From Vicinamibacterales bacterium (GTDB lineage: Bacteria; Acidobacteriota; Vicinamibacteria; Vicinamibacterales; UBA8438): 64,000 nucleotides of DNA. Of this stretch, positions 31,170 through 42,144 are shown in pieces. How positions within the stretch are numbered: the stretch's first letter is position 1; every line of letters starts with the position of its first letter. Position numbers and translations under genes: made by a program. The notes under the pieces were generated by a model. It saw only the letters and a list, made by a program, of their open reading frames with translations, made no database searches and was not told the origin of the DNA. Location of the stretch: contig CBDCHF010000007.1 of the NCBI GenBank assembly GCA_965217045.1, positions 211,825 through 275,824 on the forward strand, in the 5' to 3' direction.

Positions 31170-32129
31170 ATGCTGACCAGACGACAGGCCCTGCTCAACA
31201 TGGCGGCCGCCGCAACGGCAGCAGCGTTGCCGCATGACGGTGAAGCCGCTACCGCCGTTCCTCAGCCCGCCACGCCGGTAACATTCCGTGTGCCCGCGGG
31301 GGCATGCGACACCCACACGCACGTATTCTGCGATCCTGAGCAATTTCCGTATGCGTCGACGAGCAGGTACAGACACATGCCGGCAACACCCGGCGACCTG
31401 TGCATGCTGCATCGCGCGCTCCACGTCGATCGAGTCGTCATTATTCAACCGAGTGCGTACGGCACCGACAATCGGTGCACGATCGACGGGGTGACGCAGC
31501 TCGGCTCGCGGGCACGAGGGGTTGTCGCTATCGATGACAATACGCCCGACGCGGCCCTCGATGAAATGGCCGCCGCGGGTGTTCGCGGCATACGCGTCAA
31601 CCTCGGCCGGTCGCTTGCCGCGGCGCAGCCTCGCCTGGACGCGGCGGCGCGACGCGTGGCCGGCCGCGGCTGGCATGTCAATACCGCCGTGAGCTTGTCG
31701 CTGCTGGAAGGCTTGTCGGAGCAGCTCTCCGGCTCGCCGACACCCATCGTCATCGACCATTTCGCCGGAGCGGAAGCAGCACGCGGTACGCAACAACCGG
31801 GCTTCGATGTGCTGCTGGATCTTCTGCGAACGGGAGCGATCCACGTCAAGCTGTCGAGAATCCATAACGTGTCGAAGGAAGCGCCAGACTACGGGGACGT
31901 CGCGCCGCTCGCCCAGGCGCTCATTGCGGCAAACCCGGAGCGTATTCTGTGGGGTACGGACTGGCCGCATGCGGGGATTCGTCCGCCTGGATACTCGGCG
32001 ACCGACGTGTCGCCGTATCTTCCGATCGATGACGGACGCGTATTCAACCAGCTCGCAGTGTGGGCCCCCGATCCCGGATTGCGCCGGACGATTCTGGTTG
32101 ACAATCCGGCGCGGCTCTACGGTTTCTGA
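31170..32129 (+). CDS. Tat-exported amidohydrolase_2 (LigI/lactonase-like)
   Basis: TRRQAL twin-arginine leader; CDTHTHVF, QPSAYGTDN, IDHF, WGTDWPH, DNPARLYGF. Confidence 0.88.
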   Translation: MLTRRQALLNMAAAATAAALPHDGEAATAVPQPATPVTFRVPAGACDTHTHVFCDPEQFPYASTSRYRHMPATPGDLCMLHRALHVDRVVIIQPSAYGTDNRCTIDGVTQLGSRARGVVAIDDNTPDAALDEMAAAGVRGIRVNLGRSLAAAQPRLDAAARRVAGRGWHVNTAVSLSLLEGLSEQLSGSPTPIVIDHFAGAEAARGTQQPGFDVLLDLLRTGAIHVKLSRIHNVSKEAPDYGDVAPLAQALIAANPERILWGTDWPHAGIRPPGYSATDVSPYLPIDDGRVFNQLAVWAPDPGLRRTILVDNPARLYGF

Positions 32130-32379
32130 GAGGGATCGAGGGACAGATGGCAGTGAGACGATTGCCCGGCATCGCGGGAGTGGTCGCGCTTTCCGCCGCC
32201 GGCCTGCTCTTGGCCACGACCCCGGCCAAGGGGCAGCTGGGGGCGGCGAACGGCGAGTGGCGTTACTGGGGCGGTGACGGCGGCACGACGCATTATTCTG
32301 CCCTCGCCCAGATCGACCGTGACAACGTCAAGGATCTCGTCGTGGCCTGGCGCTGGAAGTCCGAGAACTTCGGCCCAAG

Positions 32380-33870
32380 CAGCCTGTGGCGAAAGTCGCG
32401 GATCCGGCCTGGCCCCGGCGCGATCGAGCCCGTACACTGAACGGCCATGGCGATGGGCAAGAAACCGGCGGCGCGCCAGGCGTCGCCGATGTGGGTGGAC
32501 ACGGCGGACCTTCCGACGAGCGACGGGCATCCTTACTTCGAGCGGCTGAACCGGGTCCTGGCGGATTCCGGATTCGATGCGTTCGTCGAGGAGTTGTGCG
32601 CGGCTTTCTACGCGGACAGGCTGGGCCGTCCGAGTCTGCGTCCGGGTCGGTATTTCCGGATGCTGTTCATCGGCTATTTCGAGGGGTTGTCGTCGGAGCG
32701 GGGGATTGCGTGGCGGGTGGCCGATTCGCTGAGTCTGCGGTCGTTCCTGGACCTGGAGTTGACCGCGGCGGCGCCGGATCACTCGACGCTGTCGCGCACG
32801 CGGCGGCGGATCGACGTAGAGACCCATGAGGCAGTGTTCACGTGGGTTCTGGAGCGGCTGTCCGCAGCGGGTCTGGTTCGGGGGAAGACGGTCGGCATTG
32901 ACGCGACGACGCTGGAAGCGAACGCGGCGATGCGGAGTATCGAGCGGCGGGACACGGGAGAATCCCACGAGGCGTTCATTCGGCGGTTGGCGGAGGCGTC
33001 GGGTGTTGAGACGCCGACGCGGGCGGAGCTGGCTCGGTTCGACCGTTCGCGGAAGAACAAGAAAACGTCGAACAAGGAGTGGAAATCGCCGCAGGACCCG
33101 GACGCGAAGATCGCGAAGATGAAGGACGGTCGGACGCACCTGGCCCACAACGCCGAGCACGGGGTCGACATGGACACGGGGGCCATCGTCGCGGTGACGG
33201 TGCAGGATGCATCGGATGGTGACACGGCGACGCTGCCGGAGACGCTGATCATGGCGGCCGAGCAGGTTGAAGCGGTGCAGCCGAACGGCGTGGGGGTCGA
33301 AGAGGTGGTGGCCGACAAGGGCTATCACAGCGACGCGACGCTGGTGGCGCTCGACACGATAGGGGTTCGGAGTCACGTATCGGAGCCGGAGCGCGGCCGG
33401 CGCTGCTGGCAGGACAAGAAGACGGGAGAGAAGCCGCCGGAGAAGGCTGCGGCACAGAAGGCTCTGTATGGGAACCGGCGGCGTGTGCGGGGGCGGCGGG
33501 GTCGTCGCCTGCAACGGTGCCGGGGCGAGGTGGTGGAGCGGACTTTCGCGCACCTGTATGAGACGGGCGGTATGCGTCGCGTGTGGGTGCGCGGTCACGA
33601 GAATGTCCGCAAGCGCGTGCTGATCCAGGCGGCCGCCTGCAACATCGGACTGCTCCTGCGCCGCCAGACCGGCGTCGGTACGCCCCGGAGCCTGCAGGGG
33701 CGGGCTGTTTCGGCGATTTGCCGCTTGATCGGGCGTCTGATCGACCGCTGGGGGCGTCTGAGGCGCGCTTGGGGGTTAAAATGGACCCCGACGGCGCTCG
33801 TCGGCTCAATCGCTCATCGCCAAGTTGCCTGAACAGCGGGGCTCAGCGAACAGACTTCTTCCACGGGCTG
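32380..33870 (+). mobile_element. IS1182-family element
   Basis: IRs CAGCCTGTGGCGAAAGTC / GACTTCTTCCACGGGCTG; CAAG duplication. Confidence 0.92.
32447..33832 (+). CDS. IS1182-family transposase
   Basis: GRPSLRP, PDHSTLSRTR, IDATTLEANA, ADKGY, VERTFAH. Confidence 0.92.
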   Translation: MAMGKKPAARQASPMWVDTADLPTSDGHPYFERLNRVLADSGFDAFVEELCAAFYADRLGRPSLRPGRYFRMLFIGYFEGLSSERGIAWRVADSLSLRSFLDLELTAAAPDHSTLSRTRRRIDVETHEAVFTWVLERLSAAGLVRGKTVGIDATTLEANAAMRSIERRDTGESHEAFIRRLAEASGVETPTRAELARFDRSRKNKKTSNKEWKSPQDPDAKIAKMKDGRTHLAHNAEHGVDMDTGAIVAVTVQDASDGDTATLPETLIMAAEQVEAVQPNGVGVEEVVADKGYHSDATLVALDTIGVRSHVSEPERGRRCWQDKKTGEKPPEKAAAQKALYGNRRRVRGRRGRRLQRCRGEVVERTFAHLYETGGMRRVWVRGHENVRKRVLIQAAACNIGLLLRRQTGVGTPRSLQGRAVSAICRLIGRLIDRWGRLRRAWGLKWTPTALVGSIAHRQVA

Positions 33871-35632
33871 CAAGGCCAAACTTCGACTGGAAGGCCACGC
33901 CGCTGATGATCGACGGCGTCCTCTACGTTACAGCGGGCTCGCGACGCGTGGCCGCCGCGATCGATGCCGCCACCGGTGAAACCTTATGGGTGTTTCGGTA
34001 CGATGAAGGGAGCCGGGGACAGCGGGCACCAAACCGCGGGGCATCCGGCCGCGGTTTGGCGTACTGGACCGACGGCCAGGGAGACGAGCGCCTCTTCTAC
34101 GTCTCGCTGGGCTATCGCCTCATTGCGCTCAATGCAAAGACCGGCCAACCGATCGATTCGTTTGGCAGGGACGGTGTCATCGATCTCTTCGAGGGCCTCG
34201 ATCAAGAGAAGCCGGTGCAGGAAGGCGACATGGCATTAACGTCGCCGCCGGCGGTCGTTGGGGATGTGGTCGTCGTTGGAGCCGCACTGCGTGCGCTGGC
34301 GCCCAGCGAGGAGTTCGTCGCGGGGTTCCCGCGCGGCTTCGACGCGCGCACCGGCGAGCGGATGTGGGTCTTCCGTACCCTTCCACGGCCGGGTGAGGTT
34401 GGCAACGACACCTGGGAGAACGACTCGTGGGCCTATACCGGCAACACCGGCGTGTGGGCGCCCGTCTCTGTCGATGAAGAATTAGGGTACGTCTACCTCG
34501 GCGTCGAAACGCCGACGAACGACTGGTACGGCGGGCACCGGCCTGGCGACAACTTGTTCGGCAACAGCCTTGTGTGCCTGGACGCGAGGACCGGGCAACG
34601 GATCTGGCACTTTCAATTGACGCATCATGACATCTGGGACTATGACATTCCGGCCGCGGCGAACCTGGTCGACATTACGGTCGGCGGCCGGCGGATCAAG
34701 GCCGTTGCGCAGGTAACCAAACAGGGCTTCACTTTTGTCTTCGACCGTGTGACGGGTGAGCCGGTTTGGCCCATTTAAGGAGCGACCGGCCGTGCAGTCA
34801 GACGTGCCGGGCGAGAAAACGTCGCCGACGCAGCCGTTCCCGACCAGGCCTGCGCCGTTCGAGCGGCAAGGGGTGGCACTGGATGATCTCATCGACTTGA
34901 CGCCGGAGCTGAAAGCCGAGGCGCTGGAGATCGTGAAAGGCTATCGCCTGGGTCCCCTCTATACGCCGGCTTCCATCACCGGACCGACGTTGATGTTGCC
35001 GTCGCCCAACGGGGGCGCCAGTTGGCAGGGCGCCGCCGTCGACCCCGAAACGGGATACCTGTACATAGGATCGGCGACGACCCCGCGCGTGCTCACGCTG
35101 AGGAACGATCCGGGCCGCAACGCGATGGACTACATCGGTTCGGCGCGCTGGAGGCCCGAGATCTTCCCCCAGGGCCTGTCGCTCGTGAAGCCGCCGTGGG
35201 GACGGATCACCGCGATCGATCTGAACACTGGCGACCATGTGTGGATGATTCCGAACGGGGATACGCCCGCAGCCGTCAAGAATCATCCGGGACTGGAGGG
35301 CGTGGACATCGAGAGAACCGGATCGGCTGACGCATCCGGGCTGCTGGTGACGGCGACGTTGCTCTTTTCCGGCAGTTCTGGATTACACGCCTCGCTGCCG
35401 CCTGGTCAAGGCTCCACGAGTCTTCTCGCGATCGACAAGGGGACGGGATCGGTCATCTTCGAGTACGAACTGCCGGATGGACTCCGGCCGACAGCAGTGC
35501 CGATGACGTATCTCGTTGACGACCGGCAGTTCATAGTGGTTGCAGCGGGAGCCTCACCGCCCGGGGCGAGGTTGAGCGTGCCGGCGGAGCTGCTGGCGCT
35601 CACCTTGCCCTGACGCCGATCGAGAGTGGCCG

Positions 35633-36634
35633 ATGAAGACCGGTGGTGCGTTGCGGCGCCCACGTCACGCGGGTGGCGGGTGCCGTCGATTCCGGTTTAG
35701 CACGGCACTGATAGGCATCGCCGCCGTGCTGGCGTCATGCCAGCGAGTGCAACCCGAGCAACCAGCGGAGCTCGAGCTCGTGCGCTTCCTGGAGCCGTCG
35801 CCGATTCCGAGCTCTTTCGCCGCTGACCTCGTCGCGCGCTTCGATGCGGCGCTTCCGGGCGCGCGAGTGTCGCTGAACGGGACATCTGGCTCGCTATCAC
35901 TGGTGTCGGCCTTGGAGCGCGGCCGTGGGGACATCGGCATCGCGCAATCCGACATCGTATACCTCGCGTACCGCCGGGGTCTGGAAAGCTACAAGGTTCC
36001 GCACACGAACCTGCGGGGCATCGCGGTTCTGTGGGTGAACGCCGTGCAGATCATGGTCCGTGGCGACAGCACGTTGCAATCCCTCAAGGATTTCCGCGGC
36101 CAACGCGTCGGTGTCGGTCCAGTCGGCAGCGCCGGCGAATTCTTTGCGCGTACCGTCCTGGAGGCGTACGGCCTAGGTTATTCCGATATAGAAGAACGCC
36201 ATCACCCGGTTTCCAGGATGCCGATGGCGCTCCTGCACGGAGCCCTCGACGGGGCAATAGCCGTGTCGCTCGTCGATCGATCGTCGCTGGCGACGTCGTC
36301 ACGATTGCGGCTGCTGTCGATTGACCCGAACGTGATCAGCCAACTGCGCTCCCGGTATCTGTTCGCCAAGCCGCTTTTCTTGCCGGCGCACATGTCCGAC
36401 GCCAATATCTCCGATGTTCATACCGTTGGCATCGATGCGCTGCTGGTATGCCACAGAAATTTGGAAGAGGATGTAGTTTATCGGCTGGTCAGAGAATTCT
36501 TCGCCATGCTGCCGGATCTCGCACTCAGCCACGCCGCCGCGTCCCTCGTGGACCCGGACCTGGGTCCTACGACACCCATTCCCCTGCATCCCGGCGCGGC
36601 CCGCTACTATCGCGAACGAGAAATTCTGGGGTAG
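35633..36634 (+). CDS. TAXI-family TRAP solute-binding protein
   Basis: TSGSL, DIGIAQSD, RVGVGPVGSA, PLHPGAARYYRE; possible lipobox LASC. Confidence 0.88.
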   Translation: MKTGGALRRPRHAGGGCRRFRFSTALIGIAAVLASCQRVQPEQPAELELVRFLEPSPIPSSFAADLVARFDAALPGARVSLNGTSGSLSLVSALERGRGDIGIAQSDIVYLAYRRGLESYKVPHTNLRGIAVLWVNAVQIMVRGDSTLQSLKDFRGQRVGVGPVGSAGEFFARTVLEAYGLGYSDIEERHHPVSRMPMALLHGALDGAIAVSLVDRSSLATSSRLRLLSIDPNVISQLRSRYLFAKPLFLPAHMSDANISDVHTVGIDALLVCHRNLEEDVVYRLVREFFAMLPDLALSHAAASLVDPDLGPTTPIPLHPGAARYYREREILG

Positions 36635-36654
36635 GCGAAACGCTGGTGTCATCC

Positions 36655-38370
36655 ATGTTTTCTGGTTGGTTTGCGCGCCGCCGCGATCTGGACCGAGAGT
36701 TGGTGCATTGGGGCGTCGTGTTCGCTGTGGCGACGGTGCTCTGCGGCGTGGTGGGTGCACTGGTGTGGTTCGGATACGTCGCACTTCGGGAGTGGGAGCG
36801 CGGCGCCGACCTGCTACTCGATCGACGCCAGGCCGAGGCCGTCGCCCTCACCACAACGGCGTTGAACCGTGACATGGAAGGCGCCTGGTCAAGAGTGCTT
36901 GTGCCCATCAACCGAGTCGCGGTCGAGGAGGATCCCCCGTACGACCTCATTCAGCGTACGGCGCAGGCTTTCGCCAGGTTCCCGTATCCGGAGTCGTTTT
37001 TCATTTGGCGCCACACCGAGTCCGAACCGCGCGGGGAAGTGACGTACGTATTCAACCGGGCTGAGCGGCGACCGCATTGGGACCATGCGACCGAATCGGA
37101 CGACCCGTTTCCCGTGGTCGTGCTCCGCGACCCGCCTGCGATGCGGGCGGTCGTCACCGCCGTCAGTCGCCGCGCCGAACCTACCAATCCGTTCATCGTC
37201 ATCGAGGTGGATATCGGAGGCGTTCCCTACCAAGTGGTTGCGCATCTGCTGTTTTCGCCAACCGAGTCGCGCCTGTCGAGCGTGGCTGGGTTCACCGTGA
37301 ACTTGGGTTGGATACGGCGAGAGTACTTTGGACCCTTGCTGCAGGAAGTCGCCAGAATTGGCGGTCATCAGGACGTATTGTCGTTTTCGGTCACCGACGA
37401 CTACGGGACGCTCGTGACGATCACTCAACCTCCGCAACAGGGCGCACCCGGTGTCCAGCGGCTGTTTCCACTGCTCTTCCTCGGCTCGGCGCTGGTTTCT
37501 TCCTCTTCCACACCGAAGCCAGCAATTCGCGAATGGACGGTTCACGTCACGCTCGGTGACGATCAGGCGCTGCCGGGGACGCAGCAAGGCATGCGGGAAA
37601 CATTCGCGGCTCTGGTAATCGCCAGCGCGGTCAGCGCGGTTGCGCTGCTGCTGGCGGTCAGGTTCGCCCGCGCAAGTGCCAGGCTCGCGTCCGTGAAATC
37701 CGACTTCGTGTCGGCGGTGACGCACGAACTCAAGACGCCTGTCGCACTGATTCGCCTTGTCGGCGACACTTTGGGCGCCGGTCATCCCGTTGCTCCGGGG
37801 ACCGTCAAGGAGTACTCCCGCCTCCTGTCTCGCGAGGCTTCTCGGCTGAGTCGGGCAATCGAGAACCTGTTGACGTATGCTCGCTATGAGGGCTCGCGCA
37901 GGCATCAGCCAATCGAGCTTGTGCCGGCCGACGTATGGGATCTGGTGGAACAGGCCCTCAAGGCGTTTCGGCCGACACTCGAACAGCTGGAATTCGAAGT
38001 CGTGGTCGACGTTCCGCACGATCTGCCACCGGTGCTAGCCGACCGTGCAGCGATGATTCAAGTCCTGGAAAACGTGGTCGCGAACGCGATCAAGTACTCG
38101 GAACAAGTACGCGCGCTCAGCATCGTCGGTCGTGTCCGGGCACGCCACGTACATCTGAAGATTTCCGATCAAGGGACAGGCATCGTCAACGACGATATCG
38201 CGCGCGTGTTCGATCGCTTCTATCGTGGTCGAAATGCGAAGCAGGGCGGCAGCGGCCTGGGGTTGACGATTGCGCGGCGGATCATTCGTCATCATGGAGG
38301 CGACATCACCCTCCGCAGCACTCTCGGCAGGGGGACCGACGTCGAACTCCTGCTGGCCGTCGCGGCCTAA
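36655..38370 (+). CDS. Sensor histidine kinase (2 TM, large periplasmic domain)
   Basis: FVSAVTHELKTP H-box, NAIKYS, DQGTGI, FDRFYR, GSGLGL. Confidence 0.93.
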   Translation: MFSGWFARRRDLDRELVHWGVVFAVATVLCGVVGALVWFGYVALREWERGADLLLDRRQAEAVALTTTALNRDMEGAWSRVLVPINRVAVEEDPPYDLIQRTAQAFARFPYPESFFIWRHTESEPRGEVTYVFNRAERRPHWDHATESDDPFPVVVLRDPPAMRAVVTAVSRRAEPTNPFIVIEVDIGGVPYQVVAHLLFSPTESRLSSVAGFTVNLGWIRREYFGPLLQEVARIGGHQDVLSFSVTDDYGTLVTITQPPQQGAPGVQRLFPLLFLGSALVSSSSTPKPAIREWTVHVTLGDDQALPGTQQGMRETFAALVIASAVSAVALLLAVRFARASARLASVKSDFVSAVTHELKTPVALIRLVGDTLGAGHPVAPGTVKEYSRLLSREASRLSRAIENLLTYARYEGSRRHQPIELVPADVWDLVEQALKAFRPTLEQLEFEVVVDVPHDLPPVLADRAAMIQVLENVVANAIKYSEQVRALSIVGRVRARHVHLKISDQGTGIVNDDIARVFDRFYRGRNAKQGGSGLGLTIARRIIRHHGGDITLRSTLGRGTDVELLLAVAA

Positions 38371-38371
38371 T

Positions 38372-39082
38372 CAGCCTGTGGTAAAACCGCCGGATAGGGA
38401 TCGACAGGACGGATCGTGCCCTCTACACTGGTGCCGATGTCGATGGGTAAACGCTAGGTGGACGGCAACGGCTGATGTGGGTGGCCAGCGCGGCGACGGA
38501 TCGACATCGAGACGCACCAGGCGGTTTTCACGTGGGTTCTGCGGTGGTCGAGACGTTGATCACGGCGGCCGAGCTGGTCGAAGTGGTGCTGCCGACCGGC
38601 GGTGGGCTCGCCGAGGTGGTTGGCGACAAGGTATCACTGGTGCTCCCGGCGGCCTGCCCGACTCCACGAGATTACCCGCGTGAAGTCGTTGGGAAGGTAC
38701 AGGGGTATCACAGCAATGCCCGTGGATTGCGCCTGCTCCGGCAACGCGGCGAACGCCTCGAACGCCCTACCGCTCGTCTCTACGAGACCGGCCGACTGAG
38801 TCGCGTGCATCTGCGGGGCCATGCCAACATCCTCAAGCGCCTGCACGTACACGTCTGCGGTTTGAATCTGGGCCTGCTCATGCGCCGACTGACGGGCGTT
38901 GGGACCCCTCGAGGCCTCCAGGGCCGCGCCTGGACGCTCATCGACGCCGTCAGCTGCTTCTGGAGCTCTGTGCCCCGTTACTGGACCGCCGGTTCGTCCG
39001 ATCCAGCGTGGATCGACCGCTCGGCACGGGGCTACCAACCCGCATTCCTCACGCCACAAACAGGTGGTTCTGCCACGGGCTG
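38372..39082 (+). mobile_element. Internally deleted IS1182 derivative between kinase and regulator
   Basis: IRs CAGCCTGTGGTAAAACC / GGTTCTGCCACGGGCTG; patches homologous to 32447-33832 (LYETG, VGTPRGLQGR). Confidence 0.85.
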
Positions 39083-39090
39083 CTAGCGAC

Positions 39091-39798
39091 ATGGCCAAGC
39101 GCATCCTTCTCATCGAGGACGACGACGCAATCGGCCGCCTGCTGGGCGACAACCTGCGGCGCGAGCGATTCGACGTCGAGTGGTCCCGCACCGGACCCGA
39201 AGGCCTGGAAAAACTCAAGGTATTCATACCGGACCTAATCATCCTCGATTTGATGCTGCCGGGCGGCATGGATGGATTCGAACTCTGTCAGCTCCTGAGC
39301 CGTCAGTCGCCGGGTCCGGCGCGCGAGCAGGTGCCCATCATCATCTTGAGCGCACGCGGTCAGCAGGCGGATCGGGTGCGGGGATTGAACGTCGGTGCTG
39401 ACGACTATGTCGTCAAACCGTTCGATCTGGAGGAGTTGTTGGCCCGCATCAGAGCCGTCTTGAGGCGGACGAAACGTACCGAGCCGCCGATCAGCAGGCT
39501 GCAGCTGGGCAAGACGTTCATCGATTTCCGGAAGCTGCGTGCATCGAGAGGCCGGGAGGAGTTGGTGCTCACCGATCGGCAGTTTGAAGTCCTGCGCTAT
39601 CTGGCGGAGCGGGCCGGCAGCATCGTCACACGTGAAGAACTGCTTTGTCTGGTCTGGGGATACTCGCAAGTGCCGCAGACCCGGACGGTCGACAATTTCA
39701 TCTTCAGGCTTCGACAAAAGATCGAGCAGGATCCGCACGATCCCACGTATATCCGAACTGTCTATGGTGACGGCTATCGATTGATCGTCCACGGTTGA
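39091..39798 (+). CDS. OmpR-family response regulator
   Basis: IEDD, LDLMLP, GADDYVVKPF, RTVDNFIFRLRQKIE, TVYGDGY. Confidence 0.95.
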   Translation: MAKRILLIEDDDAIGRLLGDNLRRERFDVEWSRTGPEGLEKLKVFIPDLIILDLMLPGGMDGFELCQLLSRQSPGPAREQVPIIILSARGQQADRVRGLNVGADDYVVKPFDLEELLARIRAVLRRTKRTEPPISRLQLGKTFIDFRKLRASRGREELVLTDRQFEVLRYLAERAGSIVTREELLCLVWGYSQVPQTRTVDNFIFRLRQKIEQDPHDPTYIRTVYGDGYRLIVHG

Positions 39799-39899
39799 CG
39801 CAGCGACGGATGGACGCGCCACGGGTCACCACGCTGGTGATTGTGCTCGTGCATCTGACGCTGGTAGACTCTGGAAACGGCCGGACGCACATCTTGTTC

Positions 39900-42065
39900 A
39901 TGACGAAGCACGGTCACGCGTCGGGGCTACTGCTCATGACGGTCGCGGTGGGATGGCTTCTAGCGCTGCCGCCCGCTGTTTCTGCCGCTGCCGCGCAGCC
40001 CGTCACGTTCAACGACGATATCGCGCCGATCCTCTTCCGCCGTTGCGGTCCCTGCCACCGCCCCGGCGGGTGGGCACCGTTCAGCCTGCTCACCTATTCT
40101 GCGGCACGGGAGCGGGCGGACCGAATTGCGGCAGTCACGAAGAGTCGCCGGATGCCGCCGTGGAAGACGGAACCTGGATACGGCCCTTTCGTCGGGCTGC
40201 AGGCCCTCGGTGAAGTCGAGATAGACCTGATACAACGCTGGGTGCGCGATGGAAGGCGTGAAGGAGCCCCGCGGGATCTTGCTGCGCTTCGCCCGCCGGC
40301 TCGAGAGTGGCGACTCGGCACGCCCGACCTGGTCGTCACGTTCCCGCAGGCGTACACGGTGCCGGCTGGCGGGCCGGATGTGTTCCGGGTTTTCGTCGTC
40401 CAGCTTCCGACGAGCACGACGCGCCATGTCAGAGGGCTGGAGTTTCTGCCCGGCAATCCCCGGGTTGTACACCATGCCAACCTGCTCCTCGATCCCACGC
40501 CGAGATCACGCGCGCTCGATGCGGCAGATCCCAAACCGGGCTATGAAGGCGCGACGCCGCGCTCGGCCGGTTTTCCCCAAGGACACTTCCTGGGTTGGGT
40601 GCCTGGACTACCGGCTCCCCTGCTTCCCGAGTCGCTCTCGTGGCCTCTCGAGCCGGGCACCGATCTCGTCGTCCAACTCCATTTTCTCCCGAGCGGCCGG
40701 CCGGAAACGGTGCAACCCTTAATCGGGTTCTACTTCGCGGATGTGCCACCCGCGCGAATTCCGAGTCTGCTCAAGCTTGGCCGGCAGGACATCGACATCG
40801 CGCCCGGAGACGGCAACCATACGATCAGCGACTCGTATGCGCTTCCCGTTGACGCCGGGATTCTGGCTATCAAGCCGCACGCGCACTACCGGGCACGTGA
40901 GATTCGAGCGACCGCTACGCTTCCCGACGGCACGACTAGGCGGCTTCTGCACATCAAGGACTGGGATTTCAAGTGGCAGCACACCTATCGCTTCGTCGAG
41001 CCGCTCGATTTTCCCAAGGCGACGACGCTACGCATGCAGTACACGTATGACAACTCGGCCGACAACCCACGGAACCCACAGTTGCCGCCCCGGCGAGTGC
41101 GCTGGGGCCCGAGCTCCTTCGATGAGATGGGAGATCTGTGGATTCAGGTGCTCACGAAGGAAGAGAGCGACAGAATCACGCTGGAGCGGGATTTCAGACG
41201 CCAAGCGGCCGCGGCTGAGATCGTTGGCTACCAGGCATTGCTCGAGAACGAACCGGCCAACTCGGCCCTCCACGACGAAATCGCCATGCTGTTCCTGGAG
41301 CTTGGCAGGCCGAGCGGCGCCGTGAGCCACTTCGAGGCTTCCCTCCGGCTGCAACCGGATTCGGCTGCAAGCCACTTCAACCTCGGAACGGCCCTGACGA
41401 TGGCTGGCGATCTCGACGAAGCGATCCGTCGGTACCGGAAGGCGCTACGGCTCGATCCAGATCGCGCTCACGTGCATTTGAATCTCGGCAACGCACTCGC
41501 TTCACAAGGCCGAACGGAAGACGCCCTGAACCACTACCGTAGCGCCCTGCGGCTGGAGCCCGAATATGCCCGAGCCCGGAACAACGTCGGCAACGTACTG
41601 ATGGGGCTAGGCCGGCTGGAGGAAGCGGCGTCTCATCTTCGCGAAGCACTTCGAATCGACGCCGAGTTGCCGGACGCTCATTTCAACCTGGCGCTGATGC
41701 TTCTGGGGCGGCGTGAACTGCCCGAGGCCGTCGACCACCTGCGTATTGCCGTTCGCTTGCGGTCCGACTGGACGGCCGCCCTCACCCGACTGGCGTGGGT
41801 GCTTGCCACCGCGTCCGATGGCCGCGTGCGCGATGCGGCCGAGGCGGTGCGTCTCGCCGAGCATGCCGCGCGCCTGACCCGCCGGCGGGACGCACAGACG
41901 CTGGACGTCCTCGCGGCCGCCCATGCGGCGGCGGGTCGGTTCGATCGCGCGCTCCGAATCATTCAGGAAGCCGTCGCTCTCGACCCTTCGGCGTCGAGCC
42001 TTTCCGGGATGCTCGCACGCCGCGAGCTCTATGCCGCACGGCAGCCGTACCGCGAGATCCCCTGA
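39900..42065 (+). CDS. Cytochrome c + PHM-like copper monooxygenase + TPR fusion
   Basis: Signal peptide, CGPCH, MPPW, VVHHAN, QLHF, PHAH, DEMG, multiple TPRs. Confidence 0.8.
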   Translation: MTKHGHASGLLLMTVAVGWLLALPPAVSAAAAQPVTFNDDIAPILFRRCGPCHRPGGWAPFSLLTYSAARERADRIAAVTKSRRMPPWKTEPGYGPFVGLQALGEVEIDLIQRWVRDGRREGAPRDLAALRPPAREWRLGTPDLVVTFPQAYTVPAGGPDVFRVFVVQLPTSTTRHVRGLEFLPGNPRVVHHANLLLDPTPRSRALDAADPKPGYEGATPRSAGFPQGHFLGWVPGLPAPLLPESLSWPLEPGTDLVVQLHFLPSGRPETVQPLIGFYFADVPPARIPSLLKLGRQDIDIAPGDGNHTISDSYALPVDAGILAIKPHAHYRAREIRATATLPDGTTRRLLHIKDWDFKWQHTYRFVEPLDFPKATTLRMQYTYDNSADNPRNPQLPPRRVRWGPSSFDEMGDLWIQVLTKEESDRITLERDFRRQAAAAEIVGYQALLENEPANSALHDEIAMLFLELGRPSGAVSHFEASLRLQPDSAASHFNLGTALTMAGDLDEAIRRYRKALRLDPDRAHVHLNLGNALASQGRTEDALNHYRSALRLEPEYARARNNVGNVLMGLGRLEEAASHLREALRIDAELPDAHFNLALMLLGRRELPEAVDHLRIAVRLRSDWTAALTRLAWVLATASDGRVRDAAEAVRLAEHAARLTRRRDAQTLDVLAAAHAAAGRFDRALRIIQEAVALDPSASSLSGMLARRELYAARQPYREIP

Positions 42066-42144
42066 TAGCCACATGTCGATAGCTTGTGCCGGGACGCCGG
42101 AACAAGAAGATGGGGCGCCCCCAGTTTTCTTGGACACGGATTAG

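Larger units (their letters stand above)
32147..35613 (+). pseudogene. PQQ-dependent glucose/quinate-type dehydrogenase, interrupted by IS1182 and frameshifted
   Basis: WRYWGGD..YSALAQID, ATPLMIDG, HHDIWDYD, PPWGRI, PMTY; removing the IS and one TSD restores NFGPRPNF; frameshift at ~34775. Confidence 0.9.

Noticed and set aside
34620-34650. WDYD in the sugar dehydrogenase as a lanthanide signature
   Set aside because: HHDIWDYD is standard in GDH/quinate-type PQQ enzymes and is not diagnostic there
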